Below, piece by piece: positions 1 to 15,140 of a stretch of DNA of 64,000 nt. The notes beneath the pieces are model-generated. The model made no database searches. It was not told where the DNA came from and saw only the letters and a program-made list of their open reading frames with translations. Numbering within the stretch: the stretch's first letter is position 1; every line of letters starts with the position of its first letter. Both the position numbers and the translations under genes were made by a program. This DNA comes from Eledone cirrhosa (taxonomy: Eukaryota): the NCBI GenBank assembly GCA_964016885.1, contig OZ024744.1, positions 95,108,001 to 95,172,000 on the forward strand, read 5' to 3'.

Positions 1-253
1 TGTATGTGTGTGCGTATGCAAGTGGTGGTGGGGGTTATTGGCAGCTGAGAGTCATCACTTAAAGAGGAAAAAATAGAGGAGTGAGGACAGATGTTGGATA
101 ATGGAAGTAGCCTTGAAAAGTGGGGATAAGGGGGGGGGGGGTGATGGCTAGTAGCTGAGAGCAGGGGTGGAGCGGGGGGAAAGGAGTAGATTCATAAGAT
201 TGAAGGATATATGTAAGTAAATATGTGTGTGTGTATAAGTATATATGCACATG

Positions 254-1205
<952 letters not shown>

Positions 1206-1511
1206 TTGTGTGTGTGTGTGAAAGGAATTGAGGAATTGATCTGGTGCAACTTAGCCACACTAATGTGCAGAAGAAAGAGGCATGACAAGTTACTAAATGT
1301 AGAGAGTGCATAAAAAGAGGAGGAACTAGCCTCAGTGCACCCAACAGAGGGGCCAGTTATATGTATGGCTAATGAAGCTATTGAGGATATGCAGAATGAA
1401 AAAGCTGCTTGGCTATCTGGGATAATTTGCAGAGATGCTGAAAATATCTGAATTAGGAGTCAAATTGGTCATCCACATAGTCAACCTGGTAATACAATGG
1501 AGGTGGTATAT

Positions 1512-2201
1512 TTAACCCTTCAGTATTTAAACCAGCCGTATCTGACCAGAATTCTCTCACTTCTTTCTGTTCAAACTGGCCATACTGATGTTAAGGTATT
1601 GTTCTCAAAATAAATATCAAAATCTCATAGATTCGATATATTGTGTGAGGTAAAGCCTTTACCAGGAAAATATAATAGTATATGTAGAGTAATTGTTTCT
1701 ACTTTTGGCACAAGGCCAGCAATTACCCCAGTACATTACTGGTACTTTATTGTATCAACCCCGTAAGGATGAAAGGCAAAGTGAATAGATTAATGTAAAT
1801 GCTAAAGGTTTAAGCCAGCTGTATCCAGCCAGAATTCTCTCACTTCTTTCTGTTCAAACTGGCCATACTGATGTTAAGGTATTGTTCTCAAAATAAATAT
1901 CAAAATCTCATAGATTCGATATATTGTGTGAGGTAAAGCCTTTACCAGGAAAATATAATAGCATGTATAGAGTAATGTAAATCCTAAAGGGTTAAGTCAG
2001 CTGTATCCAGCCAGATTTCTCTCACCCCTTTCTGTTCAAACCAGCCATAACCGGTTGCTCATACCAATGTTAAGGCATCGTTTTCCAAATAGATATCAAA
2101 ATCTCATAGCTTCAATATTAAGTGAGATAATTATGTGAGATAAAACCTTTACCATGAAAAACAATAGTAAATATAAAGTAATGTAATTGTTAAAGGGTTA
2201 A
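1512..2201. mobile_element. Three tandem copies of a TTAA-flanked piggyBac-like MITE (other copies ~42503-42733, ~43010-43438, 45721-45922, 63127-63342)
   Basis: Ends TTAA-CCCTT...AAGGG-TTAA; ~200-bp body with gaattctctcac and aaatctcataga motifs recurs across the window. Confidence 0.6.
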
Positions 2202-2411
2202 TGACAGACATAGTGGTATCATCATTAACAGTCACAAGAGAAAAGGTGATGCTATAGAAAGGGAGAAACTAGAAACTAGAGAGACATAAAACTGAAGGAT
2301 CAACTTATGAAAGGTTTTAACTCAACTGCGAGGCACAGTCACTCGACCCAACTTACCCCTAATGGGACAAACCCGTCTAACCCATGCTAGCGTGGAAAAT
2401 AGACGTTAAAC

Positions 2412-2447
<36 letters not shown>

Positions 2448-3934
2448 AATGATGATGATGATGATGATGGATTGAATTACTTCTAAGTGTAGATATACAT
2501 CTCTCTGTCTTTACACCATTACCGGCCTGTCGCTATACTTGTTTCATCCTGGATGCATGGTTGGGTGGACAGGTTCTCTACAGAATTGTATATGGCCAGT
2601 CAACACACACACATGCACACATGCACACATGCACGCGCACACACACACATGTATACATTATTATCATTTTGTTAGTTTTCCATGTTGCCATTGGTTACAA
2701 TGGTCAGTGGACCATTTTTGACTCAATATGTTCTATTTTTGTGTATGGTTTCTATGACTAGATGCCATTCCTAATGACAATAATTTTACAGAGTGTACAG
2801 AATTCATTTAATTGTGTCACCAACACTAGAGAGGTTGTCAAGTCCTTGGCATGACTCAAAAGTCTTCAACACTTTTTGTCTTGGTTTTTAAAGCTGAATA
2901 CCCTTCCTATCATGAACTACTTTACAGAGTGTACAGGATGCATTTTATGTAGCACCAACACTAGGGAGGCTGTCATGTCTTTGACATGACTGATGAGTCC
3001 TCACAACCCCCTTTTTGTATGGTTTCTGTAGGTGGCTGCTCTTCTTAACATCAACCACTTTACATAAAGTATTTTTGTGGCCCAAACACTTGAGAGGTTA
3101 TCGTGTCATGACTGAACTGAAGAGTTCTCTCTCCCCTATGGTGTAACCAGTTGAATACCAACCACTGCACAACGTATGCTGTATGTATTCTATATTGACT
3201 CCATCACTAAAGAGACTGCCTGCCATGTTCTAAGGCAGGCATGTTTGAGAGTGAGAATAGAAGGGGAAGAAGAGGGTTAAGGGGGAACAGAGATGTATGA
3301 CAAGTGTGGCGGTAGGAGGAGATGAAACCAATTGATGTGAAGGAAAGGTACCATATTTCCCAGCGTCAAAGACGCTACTTTTTTCCTAAAATAAGTCTAA
3401 AAAATCTACCAATTTTTGGTTGTCAAAATTAGGGTGCGTCTTCGGCGCCGGGAAATACGGTAATAAGGAAAGGAGTAATGTAGGAGAGAGCGAGTAGAGA
3501 TTACATGGTTGGTTGTGGCAAGAGATTGAATAGACAACTGCAAGAGGGATAACAGCAAGGTATGGCTATATGGATACACCCAACAGGGATGGGTGCTAGT
3601 GAGTCCATTTCCCATGCTTACATGGGTTAGACAGGTTGATATGTTATGAGACAAGTTAAGTCTGAAAACCACATCTTGCTCAATGGATCTGTATTTTGGC
3701 TTGGTCTCTATGGTTGGAACCCCTTTCTAACACCAACCACATTTATATATATATATATATATCATCACATCATCTTCATCATCATCATCACTGTTTAACA
3801 TCCATTTTTCCATGCTAGCTTGGGTTAGACGAGTTGTCCTGTTGTGAGAAATGCCAGGTCAGGTGATAAAAATGTCTTGCTCATACAGATTTGATTTTGG
3901 TTTAGTTTCTACAGATGGATTCCCTTCCTAACAC

Positions 3935-4490
3935 CAACCACATTTACAGTGAGTACTGGGTGCTTTTTGTTGTGACACCTACATGACCACTTTACAGTGT
4001 GTGGTGGGTGCTTTTTGTCGTGACACCTACATGACCACTTTACAGTGTGTACTGGGTGATTTTTGTTGTGACACCTACATGACCACTTTACAGTGTGGAC
4101 TGGGTGCTTTTTGTTGTGACACCTACATGACCACTTTACAGTGTGTAGTGGGTGCTTTTTGTCGTGACACCTACATGACCACTTTACAGTGTGTAGTGGG
4201 TGCTTTTTGTCGTGACACCTATATGACCACTTTACAGTGTGTACTGGGTGCTTTTTGTTGTGACACCTACATGACCACTTTACAGTGTGGACTGGGTGCT
4301 TTTTGTCGTGACACCTACATGACCACTTTACAGTGTGGACTGGGTGATTTTTGTTGTGACACCTACATGACCACTTTACAGTGTGGACTGGGTGCTTTTT
4401 GTTGTGTGACCATCACAATCACTTTACAGTGTGGACTGGGTGCTTTTTGTTGTGTGACCATCACAATCACTTTACAGTGTAGACTGGAGG
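3935..4490. repeat. 48-bp minisatellite (~11 copies) derived from an RTE/SINE 3' region
   Basis: Unit atgaccactttacagtgtg(t/g)actgggtgctttttgt(t/c)gtgacacctac; the same motif occurs in low copy within RTE-type tails at ~7460, ~38530 and ~56700. Confidence 0.9.
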
Positions 4491-4900
4491 CTTCATTAGA
4501 TGTATGCTTCAGCCTGGCCTCATGGGAGATGAATGGAAGAGTGGGATAGGGTAGAGGTGAGGGTGTTTCATGCTATATGTATGCTTCAGCTTCAGCCTGT
4601 ACCCATATGTGAGGAGAAATAAGAGGCAGCCTTAGCTTAGCACCAGATCTCGATCCCATTCTGTCCCTGGCGGTGTTGCAATATTTTATTCAATTCAAGT
4701 CAAACACAGTAGCATGTGCGGGGGGGGGGGGGGGTCAGTGTTGGCCCCAGGCATCCTTTGGATGGGAGCATCATTTGGGGAAAAGAACTTATTAAATTTG
4801 ATTGATTTATATTAAAATCAAATAAAGCGTTTATTTCATGTTTCATCTGTGTTTATATATTTAAAATATTTTCCTTTCTCATAATATTTCCTAGTATATT

Positions 4901-5015
4901 AGGCCTTATACTTGAGTCTTTGGGGGCAGTAGGCCTTATACTTGAGTCTTTGGGGCATTAGGCCTTATACTTGAGCCTTTGGAGCATTAGGCCTTATACT
5001 TGAGCCTTTGGGGCA
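4901..5015. repeat. 29-30-bp tandem repeat, 4 copies
   Basis: aggccttatacttgag(t/c)ctttgggg... repeated four times. Confidence 0.85.
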
Positions 5016-6286
5016 TACAATCAAGATTTGCCCCGGACATCACCAGAGCTCTGCATGTCACTGGTCAGACACCATGACTAAGGCAACCCACAATATACTT
5101 CACATGGCTTGGTGTCTGTCTGTCTCTATTACTTTATCCATGTTGTGGGACATACAGACAATATTGCTGAAACAAATCTTCCTTGCTTCTTCAAATAGAA
5201 TGTCTAATGAACAATAACTGCTGATAAATCACTGTTAACTAGTTGGTAGGTACATGTTTGCTTGTATATATATTGATTGGTGACATGGTCTGTGCTGCTG
5301 ATGTTTTAAGTATAATTTTCTGGCACTGACTTTGAAAGGCATTCATTGCCTTCTCTAGAATCTCTGTGCTGGTGTACAACACAGTTGCATAGTGGAGAAC
5401 AGACAGAACTGATACTTTTAAAAATTTGATTTTTAGTGAGATGCTGATACGTGATTTCAAGATATCTTTCAGTTTCCAAAAGACTGACCCAGTTTTTGAC
5501 CTTCTATATGACAAACTTCCCCCCGTCTTGCTTTAGTGCCAGCATCTCCTTTCATCAACATCCTGGCTTTCATTTATTTTTTCCTTCATCTTTAGCCATA
5601 TCTTTCTTGGTATTCTCTTTCCTCTACTTCCTTCTACATTCATTCCCATCACACCTCTCACACAGTCACTTTCATCCTTCTTCAACACATAACCCAGTTA
5701 TCACACTCCATTTCTCTTCACAACATTCGCCACTGGCTCCTATTCCCATCACACCTCTCACCCAGTCACTTTCATCCGTCCTCAACACATGGCCCAACCA
5801 TCTCACTCCATTTCTCTTCACAACATCCTGTCTCTATTCCTCTCACCCAGTCACTTCCATCCTTCCTCAACACACGACCAAACCATCTGACTCCATTCAC
5901 CACTGGCTCCTATTTCAATCACTCCCCTCCCCCAGTCATTTTCATCCGTCCTCAACACATGACCCAACCATCTCATTCCATTTCTCTTCACAACGCCCAT
6001 CACTGGTTCTATTCCCATCACTCCTCTGCAAAACATTATCTTCCCCTCTCCCCCTCTCTCAGCAATACTCCACTCATCCACCAAACCATTCTCATTTCTG
6101 TTCTTTCCACCCTTCTCTGTTGTTCCATCTTCACCATACATGTCTCATTCCCATAAATAATGGCACTTATCACACATGCACTATATACCATTCCCTTCAG
6201 TTTTAGTGACACTCCCCCCTCTTCATTAGCTCACCACTCAGTTGTAGACCCTCTCTCTCTCTATATATATATACATATATATATAT

Positions 6287-6667
6287 AATATAAGATCAAA
6301 AGATGGTTAAAAGAGTTCCAAGTATTTTATTATGCGCATTTCAAAAACAAATATCATCATGAGATGATATCTGCGTTTTCATCAGATAAAATAGGGATAC
6401 ATGATATGAAGGTTAAAAAACACTTGTGAATAGTGAAGTTTTAAATCAACATATGTTGATTTAAAACTTCACTATTATCTGATGAAAACGCAGATATCAT
6501 CTCATGATGATATTTGTTTTTGAAATGCGCATAATAAAATACTTGGAACTCTTTTAACCATCTTTTGATCTTATATTATTTATACTCCAGTCCTACAAAA
6601 TGTAGAGTGCTACTTATCCGATATTTGCATTGCTTTATTGTGCTACAATAAAACTCACCTCCTACAT
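6287..6667. mobile_element. Second family A fold-back with hammerheads at 6325-6391 (-) and 6473-6539 (+)
   Basis: Homologous to 772-1175 in opposite overall orientation; CTGATGA 6479-6485, GAAA 6522-6525, TGCGCA-TA; inserted in (TA)n. Confidence 0.8.
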
Positions 6668-6698
<31 letters not shown>

Positions 6699-6942
6699 GA
6701 ATAATCGAGTATCGGAAAATCAGCTCACGAATTTACGATAAACAAAATCCGACATGAGTGGCAGAGGGCTCAATAATTCAGATAAATCAGAGCTATAACT
6801 ATCGTTAAGATACCAACACACAAAGATCATGCCTAAAATCACCCGTGCAGCCGAAAAATAACGACCAGGAAGATTCGGGTCACTCAGATAAAATATCAAT
6901 AAATCAATAAATTATATGAATGTATATATATATATATTGGTT

Positions 6943-6993
6943 AGTTTCAGAAGATCGCGTTAAGGGTGAAAGCAGTGATTCTTTGCTTAAACT
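6943..6993 (+). ncRNA. Hammerhead-like motif with U4A core variant; related copy at 13336-13382 (-)
   Basis: agttt-CAGAAGA-short stem II-GAAAgca...tgcT-T-aaact: stems I and III pair, core differs at one conserved position in both copies. Confidence 0.45.
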
Positions 6994-7589
6994 TTAATCT
7001 GTTATTTTAATAAATATTTGCTCTACGGTTCTTATATATTTGATATATATTTATCCTTATCGAGCTCTCTTTGGATTTTACTCTTCAAATTTATTATTAT
7101 TACTATATATATATATTTATTTATATATATATATATTTATATATGTGTGTGTGTGTTAGGTAATTCAGAAGAAAAAGCAAAGGAAAAAAGAGTGCTCTAT
7201 GTATAGAACAGAGCTATTTAATTAGAAAGTGAACAACACAAAATATAACTACTCCATTACCAAAGGTTTGTGGATCATATATATATATATATCATCATCA
7301 TCATCATCATCACCGTTTTACGTCTGTTCTTCCACGCTAGCATGGGTTAGACGAGTTGTCCTGTTGTGGGCAGTTTCTGGTCGGCTGACCATGCTTTGCT
7401 CATACAGGAACTGATTCTGGCTTGATTTCTACAGCTGGATGCCCTTCCTAACACCAACCTCATTAACAGTGAGTGCTGGGTGCTTTTTCCGTGGCGCCTA
7501 CACGTCCACTTTACAGTGTGGGCTGGGTGCTTTTTTGCCGTGGCACCTCCACGACCACCTTGCGGTTGGGGGTGTGGGGGCATATTGTC

Positions 7590-7688
<99 letters not shown>

Positions 7689-7852
7689 AAAAGCACCAAA
7701 GATTCAATATGCTTTGGTGCTTTTTAATCTTTATGTATCAGCTCTGGATAAACCCCATTGCAGCGAGTTTTAAACTCTCAGGTAAAGTTTATACCAAATA
7801 ATAACAATACTATTATTATTAATATTATATAAATATATGTGTATGTGTGTGT

Positions 7853-8037
7853 ATCCCGGGTCAAATTGGGGGGTAACCACAGTAAGTAAGGTACTCAATA
7901 CATTACAGAGTATAAATGTATAATATAGAAATAGCTTGATTTCCTTTGAATGAAACAGTTCTAGTCCTGTAGAAGCCATTTCTATATTATACATTTATAC
8001 TCTGTAATGTATTGAGCACCTTACTTACTGTGGTTAC
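7853..8037. mobile_element. Fold-back element, family C (truncated hammerhead core)
   Basis: gtaaccacagtaagtaagg...tatagaaat arm is inverted at ~7975-8037; centre retains GAAACAGTTCTAGTC; same family as 15625-15819 and 35418-35695. Confidence 0.65.
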
Positions 8038-8395
8038 GCACACACCGACTTACACCCCACCCCACGCACACACCTTTTCCTGAACATGGAACCTCGTTCT
8101 TCCTCAAACTCTCACATACACACACACACGCACGCACACACACACTCACGTGCACCTACACACATACACACCACCTTCAGCCTTCCTCGCTTCGACCCCC
8201 TGGCTCCCTCAACTAACTCAACCCGCCACCACCCTTACACACCTCACACCCTTCCACCACTTGTCCATCTTATTGTTTATTCTTATGTTTATTTTTACGT
8301 TTACGTTTATTTTTATTTTTATTTGTTCTCCTTCCCCCTTTTTTCTAAATGTATTTCCACACACCCTCTGAACTCACTTCCTAACCTATTTACTC

Positions 8396-8423
8396 CTGAA
8401 GAAGGGCTTATGCCCGAAACGTC
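8396..8423 (+). ncRNA. Ultra-minimal Penelope-type hammerhead motif
   Basis: CTGAAGA-a-GGGC-ttat-GCCC-GAAACGTC; palindromic ACGT stem III with GUC triplet; an AATAAA follows ~45 nt downstream. Stem I pairing is poor. Confidence 0.7.
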
Positions 8424-8515
8424 GTTGCCCCCACCCACCCACCCCCACTCTCAAAAGCGTGAACCTAATAAACCTTTATTTGTCTGCCTCTCTGTTTTGT
8501 TCCCGTATAAATTTA

Positions 8516-8560
<45 letters not shown>

Positions 8561-8676
8561 GCTAGCATGGAAAAATCGGCATTAAAGGCTGATGATGTTG
8601 ATATATATATTTATATATTTACATATATATATATATATATATATACATACATGTATAATCTATACATATATATATA

Positions 8677-9155
8677 TATTAGAAATATAAGCTATCACCG
8701 TATTTTGACTAAAGAAATTAAAGAAATTATTTAGCCTGATAGTGGGGTTAAGAACCCTTGGAGAAATGGAAAAAGATGAGTATTGACGTACATGGGAGTT
8801 GAACCCACATCTTTGGTTATCCAGACCACTGTGCTACCATTTACACCAACACATCACCCGTCTTTTTCCATTCAAATTAGAAGCTATAAACTTAGCGACT
8901 GTAATGTCAAGTAAGAATATTTTCGAAACAGCGAGTGGGTTTGAAATTATTAGAATGGTAGCACAGTGGTCCGGATAACCAAAGATGTGGGTTCGACTCC
9001 CATGTACGTCAATACTCATCTTTTTCCATTTCTCCGAGGGTTCTTAACCCCACTATCAGGCTAAATAATTTCTTTAATTTCTTTAGTCAAAATACGGCGA
9101 TAGCTTATATTTCTAATAATTTCAAACCCACTCGCTGTTTCGAAAATATTCTTAA
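8677..9155. mobile_element. Fold-back repeat containing a tRNA-like segment
   Basis: ~8677-8842 is inverted at ~8955-9118; arms contain GGTTCGACTCCC (B-box/T-loop-like); flanked by (TA)n. Confidence 0.6.
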
Positions 9156-10685
9156 TATATATATATATATATAAAAGTTAGTGGAAACAATTGAAGAGGA
9201 AGACCTAGGAAAGCTTGGAATGAGGTGATAAAAGCTAACCTTTAAAACCATTAAAACACTCAAAGGAGATGACACAAGATCGAGATCTCTTTTGTGATGC
9301 CGACCTGTAGAAGACCTGCCATCTCATGTGCACAGGATGAAACAATATGCAAAGGACACACAAGCCTGCAACTAGAATTCTTCTACCTTGTCCTCCATTC
9401 ACCTTTCCAAGACTTAATACCCTCATCCTCACCAACTAAATACCCACACCCACCTTATCCATATCCTGCTTGCATACTCCCCACCCCCTCTCCACCTTCT
9501 ATGCTCCTGGGGTACCTTTCCTGCCATGCTCAATCCATGCATACAAACACCGAAAAAAAGCACTTTGTCCACCCTGTATGACAATCTGGTACTGCAACAA
9601 TAAAAGCAGCCAGTCTATCCTGTAAGTTGGCCGTACTGGTGACATGAAAAGAGGCAGCTCCAAAGGCACTCTATAAGATAGTTGTACTGGTGACATGACA
9701 GGAGACCCACAGTCTATTCTGTAAGGATGTCATGTTGGTGACATGACAGGAGACCCACAGTCTATTCTGTAAGGATGTCATGCAGGTGACATGAAAAGAA
9801 GCAGCTGTGCTGGTGACATGACAGGAGACCGACAGTCTATCCTAAAAGAATGTCATGCTGGTGACATGAAAAGAGGCAGCTGTGATGGTCATATGACAAA
9901 TCTACAGTCCACCCTGTAAAGAGGTCGTGCTGGTGACATGACAAAAAAGTGCCCAGTCAAACCAGCAAAGTGGTCGGTCATGCTGGTGACATGACGAAAA
10001 TCATCCAGTCCACCCTGGAATATGGTCATGCAGGTGTCAAAGCAAAAGCCAGCCAGTCTATCCTTTCAGATGGTCATTTTGGTGCCACAATAAAAGGCAC
10101 CCAGTGCACACTAATGTTGTTGGTGTTAGGGAGGGTATCCATCTGTAGAAACCAAGCCAAAATACTGTATGATCTGTATGAGCAAGACATGGTCACCTGA
10201 CTTGACTTGTTTCATAATGTGACATACTGTCCAACCAATGTAAGCATGTAAAATAGATGTTAAATAATTGTTTCTACTTTAGGCACAAGACCAGCAATTA
10301 TCCCAGTGTATTACTGGTACTTTATTTTATCGACCCCTGTAAGGATGAAAGGCAAAGTTAACCTCGGCGGGATTTGAATTCAGATCATAAAGGGGCATAA
10401 CTCTATACTGCAAAGCATGGCGTCTGACCCTCTACCGATTCTGCCACTCCACTGCCCTAATCCATGTTAAATAATGATGATAATGATATATTTTTATGTC
10501 TGTTTTTCCACGCTCACATGGGTTGGGCGGATCCTTCTCCATACAGCCTCTCTCTACTCAGCGTGTTCCTTCGTCGTCTCTTCTGTGAGTCTCAGCAATT
10601 TGAGATCCGCTCTTACCCCCTCCACCCAGGTCTTCCTTAGTCTACCTTTACTGTGACATCCATCTACTTCCGTATATTTACATAT

Positions 10686-10733
<48 letters not shown>

Positions 10734-10933
10734 TTACATATATACATACATATATATATTTACATATATACATACATATATATATATTTACATATATACA
10801 TACATATATATATATTTCTTTATATACATATATATATATATTTACATATATACATACATATATATATATTTCTTTATATACATACATATATATATATATA
10901 TCCATATATACACACATATATATATATATTTAC

Positions 10934-10965
<32 letters not shown>

Positions 10966-11223
10966 TTACATATAAACATATATATATATATATTTACATA
11001 TATACATACATATATATATTTACATATATACATACATATATATATATATTTACATATATATATATATACATATATATATTTACATATATACATATATATA
11101 TATTTACATATATACATACATATATATATTTACATACATACATATATATATTTACATATATACATACATATATATATTTACATATATACATACATATATA
11201 TATAACTATAAATACACACACAC

Positions 11224-12215
11224 ATCAGGTTGTAACAAAAGTACCGTCTGGTTTTTTAAAAAGTAAATCTCGTGTTTTAAAGGTGTCTAACTTCTCAATT
11301 ATATTTGAAATACATCAAAACCAGTAATATGTTTCATTTTCTTTCAGATTTTGTCAAATTTATCTTTACTAAAGCTGTTATATTGGTGTCATGTTTACTC
11401 CAAGTAAAGAACACATTCGTCATGATATTTTTGATGAATTTCAAAAACCTAAGTGCAAAACCAAGTGCAAAGCAAAATCACTCTAAAGCTCTTATAGAGA
11501 TGGTGTGACTAAAAGAACATGCAGGAGATGGTTTTCATGATTCAGAAACAGTGGCTACAACCTGCAGGATGAATCAAGAAAAGATTGCTAAAGATGGCTG
11601 GATTCTGATGCATGGGATGCTGCTGTTGATATAAACCCAGCCATGAGAGTTCTGGAACTATACATAGACTTCAATGTCAGCCATAGCACCACCATTCCTC
11701 ATGAACTAAAAAAAGGTTTGGTAAAATGTCAAAGGTTCTGCTTGATCTCTCTGCAGACAATCCCCAAACAACATATTGACTGCTATGCATCATTGCATTC
11801 ATTTGAGCTGCATGCAAATGCCTCTTTTGAATAGAGTCATTACTGGAGATGAGTAATGAATAATTTACCATGATGTTAAGTGAAGACATCGTGCTGAAGA
11901 GCCAGTTAAGCAGACCAGAAGTAGCCTGCAGATTCTTCAGAGTGTGTGATGGGATGTGTGGGGAATAATTCATCACAAGCTGCTAGGTGATAATTAAACA
12001 ATAACAGCTGAACTCTATTGCCAACAGCTAAGACATTTGAAAGCAGCTTTGCCAAGAAAAAAAAAACAGCTATCGTAAACAAAGAGGAAAAGGGGTCATT
12101 CTTCATCATAAGAATGCTACACATCACACTACACTAAAGACCAAAGATCTCCTAGATACATATGCCTGAGAAATTATACTTCACCCACCATCTTCCTTGG
12201 ACTTCACGCCGGCAG
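11224..12215 (+). pseudogene. Decayed mariner transposase
   Basis: Remnants of VITGDE (gtcattactggagatgag, ~11836) and an LHHDNA-like motif (~12102), many stops and frameshifts; starts with a tcaggttg TIR-like end. Confidence 0.65.
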
Positions 12216-12290
12216 ATTCCATTTATATATACTTATACACACACACATACATATACACACACACACACACATATATATAAATATACACAC

Positions 12291-12355
<65 letters not shown>

Positions 12356-12432
12356 CTTATATATACACATATACATATATATATACACACACATGTATAT
12401 GCACATTTATAAATATGAATACATACATATAT

Positions 12433-12477
<45 letters not shown>

Positions 12478-12819
12478 CATATATATGTGTGCATATATAT
12501 ATGTGTGTGTGTACATGTGTATATATATATATTTATATAATGACAAACTGAACATACACATGCTTTTTCTCTGAACATTTTTTTTTACCGTTTCCTCCTT
12601 TTCTTTCCCTCTATCATTTTTCTGTTTCCCTTTTAGTTCTCATTCTATTTTTTGTTGAAGGACTAGCGTCCAAAACATTTAGACTCTTTTCCTACTATCC
12701 CAAGTGTTAAAGTAATATATTTTTTCATTGTACTGTATCATTTTCTGTGTTGTTTTCCATTTACATTTTGCATACATACACACACACATTATATATATAT
12801 ATATATATATAATATATAA

Positions 12820-13008
12820 GGGCGGTGGATTGGCAGTATCGGTAGAGGGTCGGACGCCATGCTTTCCAGCATAGTTACGTCCCTTTATGATCTGAGTTCA
12901 AATCCCGCCGAGATTGACTTTGCCTTTCATCCTTACGGGGTCGATAAAATAAAGTACCAGTAATGCACTGGGTAATTGCTGGCCTTGTGCCTAAAGTAGA
13001 AACAATTA
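12820..13008 (+). mobile_element. tRNA-derived SINE family 1 (other copies ~10262-10456 -, 20513-20745 +, 21580-21790 -, 39640-39812 -, 43131-43320 +, 44736-44855 -, 48745-48835 -, several in 57300-58570 -)
   Basis: A-box-like tggcagtatcgg, B-box-like gagttcaaatcc, conserved body ttgcctttcatcct...ggggtcgataaaataaagtaccag, tail gtagaaacaatta. Confidence 0.85.
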
Positions 13009-13940
13009 TATATATATATATATATATCTAGGGCGGGTAAAATTCCCAAGATCCATGGATGAGTTCTCTCCAGCAGTCTCTGTCCTTAGGGCATCAATAT
13101 ATGTCAACCTCAGTCTCCCTCTTCTAGTGTGTCTGTGTAAGGGCTCCCACAGGACCACTGAGTGCATTGTCAACTCTGAATGTCGGTGAGCATGTCCAGC
13201 TAACCTCAGTTTCCTCTGTGTTACTTTCGAGCTGACTTTTGGGAGACTCCTGTACAGCTATATATATAATATTATAATAGAGTTATATATATAATATTAT
13301 AATAGAGTTATATATATAATATTAGTACAGATTAAAGTTTAAGCAAAGAATCGCTGCTTTCACCCTTTTACGGGATCTTCTGTACTAATAATAAATATTT
13401 GCTCTATGGGTTTTATATATATCATCATCATCATCTTCGTTTAACGTCCATCTTCCACGCTAGCATATATTTTATGCATATACTGTATAATCCTTATGAA
13501 GCCCTCTTCGTATTTTAGTCTTCATAATTATTATTTCTATATATATGTTTGTGTATGTATATATATATTTATATTCTATCACAGACTTCTCACCCAGACG
13601 ATACAACAAACACATTCTCCATAAGCAGAATTGTTGGTGCCATGAAATGTATACAGCCCACTCTGTAAAGTGGTAATGATGATGCCACACTAAAAAGCAC
13701 CATGTCCTGCATGCCACACAACAATACAAACCCTATACACATTGTGAATAGGTTGGCATTAGGAAAGGTATCCAGCCATAGAAACCTTGCCAAGATGGAA
13801 TTGTATACAAGAGACATTCATCTGACCTGTCTAATTTTAGAAACTGAGAACTCATCTACAATCATTAACAAAGCAAACAGCACAATACAATGAAGAAATA
13901 TATTATTAGTTTTACGTTGATATAATAGGAAAAGAGTCTT

Positions 13941-13968
13941 AACGTTTCGGACCTTAGTCCTTCATCAC
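13941..13968 (-). ncRNA. Degenerate minimal hammerhead motif (C3G); further decayed relative near 12653-12690 (+)
   Basis: Minus strand GTGATGA-a-GGAC-taag-GTCC-GAAACGTT. Confidence 0.5.
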
Positions 13969-14086
13969 AAAAAAAGGATGAAAAATTAAAGATGAAATAG
14001 AAAGATGGTGGAGGGAGAGCAGTAGCAGTAGCTCGAACGGAAAAAAAATTCTTGGAGAACAAGCATGTCTGTTCAGGTCGTTATAT

Positions 14087-14170
<84 letters not shown>

Positions 14171-14291
14171 TATTAAAATAATCTGTTATTTTAATAAATA
14201 TTTGCTCTACGGTTCTTATATATTTGATATATATTTATCCTTATCGAGCCCTCTTTGGATTTTAGTCTTCAAATTTATTATTATTACTATG

Positions 14292-14381
<90 letters not shown>

Positions 14382-14382
14382 C

Positions 14383-14811
14383 AACGATATTAAAAAAATG
14401 GAAACTATATTTATAAAACCATATTTATTCTACTATATATATTTCAAGGGTACCAAAACTTTGGTACGCTTTCATCAGATAAAATACAAAGTTTGTTTTA
14501 TAAATTTTGACACAACCAATAAAAGATACCTTAACTGTTCAAGTTTGTCTTGGATAGTGAACCGTTAAGGTTCCTTTTCTTGGTTATGTCAAAATTTATA
14601 AAACAAACTTTGTATTTTATCTGATGAAAGCGTACCAAAGTTTTGGTACCCTTGAAATATATGTAATAGAATAAATATGGTTTTATAAATATAGTTTCCA
14701 TTTATTTAATATCATTGAATTATTATACTCCAGAAAGCTTGTTGAGTGCTCTGAATCAGTTATAAACATTTATTTTTGTTGAATTACCACCAAATTGAAT
14801 ATCCCTTTTGC
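14383..14811. mobile_element. Fold-back element, family B, with hammerheads at 14426-14486 (-) and 14613-14673 (+)
   Basis: ~160-bp inverted arms; tattttat-CTGATGA(14621)-aagcgtaccaaa/tttggtaccctt-GAAA(14654)-tatatg-TA-atagaata; between (TA)n tracts. Confidence 0.8.
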
Positions 14812-15095
14812 TTATATATATATGTATAAATATATATATATATATATTTATATACATATATACATATATATAAATATATATATATATATACACACACATA
14901 CACATATATACACACACGTATATATATACACACACATGCATATATATACATATATACATACATACATACATATATATATACACATACATATACATACATA
15001 TATATATATTCACGGGGTCTTGAACATTTTCCTATATATATATATATATATTAAGAGAGTAAAACAAAGAAGCCTTCAATACATCAAAAGTCTTT

Positions 15096-15140
15096 ATTAG
15101 CCGACAATGTTTCGTCCTATTAAGGACTCATCAGGGCAAT
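15096..15140 (-). ncRNA. Canonical-core type I hammerhead ribozyme
   Basis: Minus strand attgcc-CTGATGA-GTCC-ttaata-GGAC-GAAAC-att-GTC-ggctaat: all core nucleotides present, GUC triplet, AATAAA immediately 3'. Confidence 0.9.

Noticed and set aside
3983-4549. Cys-rich 16-aa repeat protein
   Set aside because: In-frame 48-bp minisatellite derived from a retroelement 3' region.
5451-6206. 251-aa Ser/His/Pro-rich ORF
   Set aside because: Antisense of repeated RTE C-terminal fragments (MRWLGHVLR on the minus strand).
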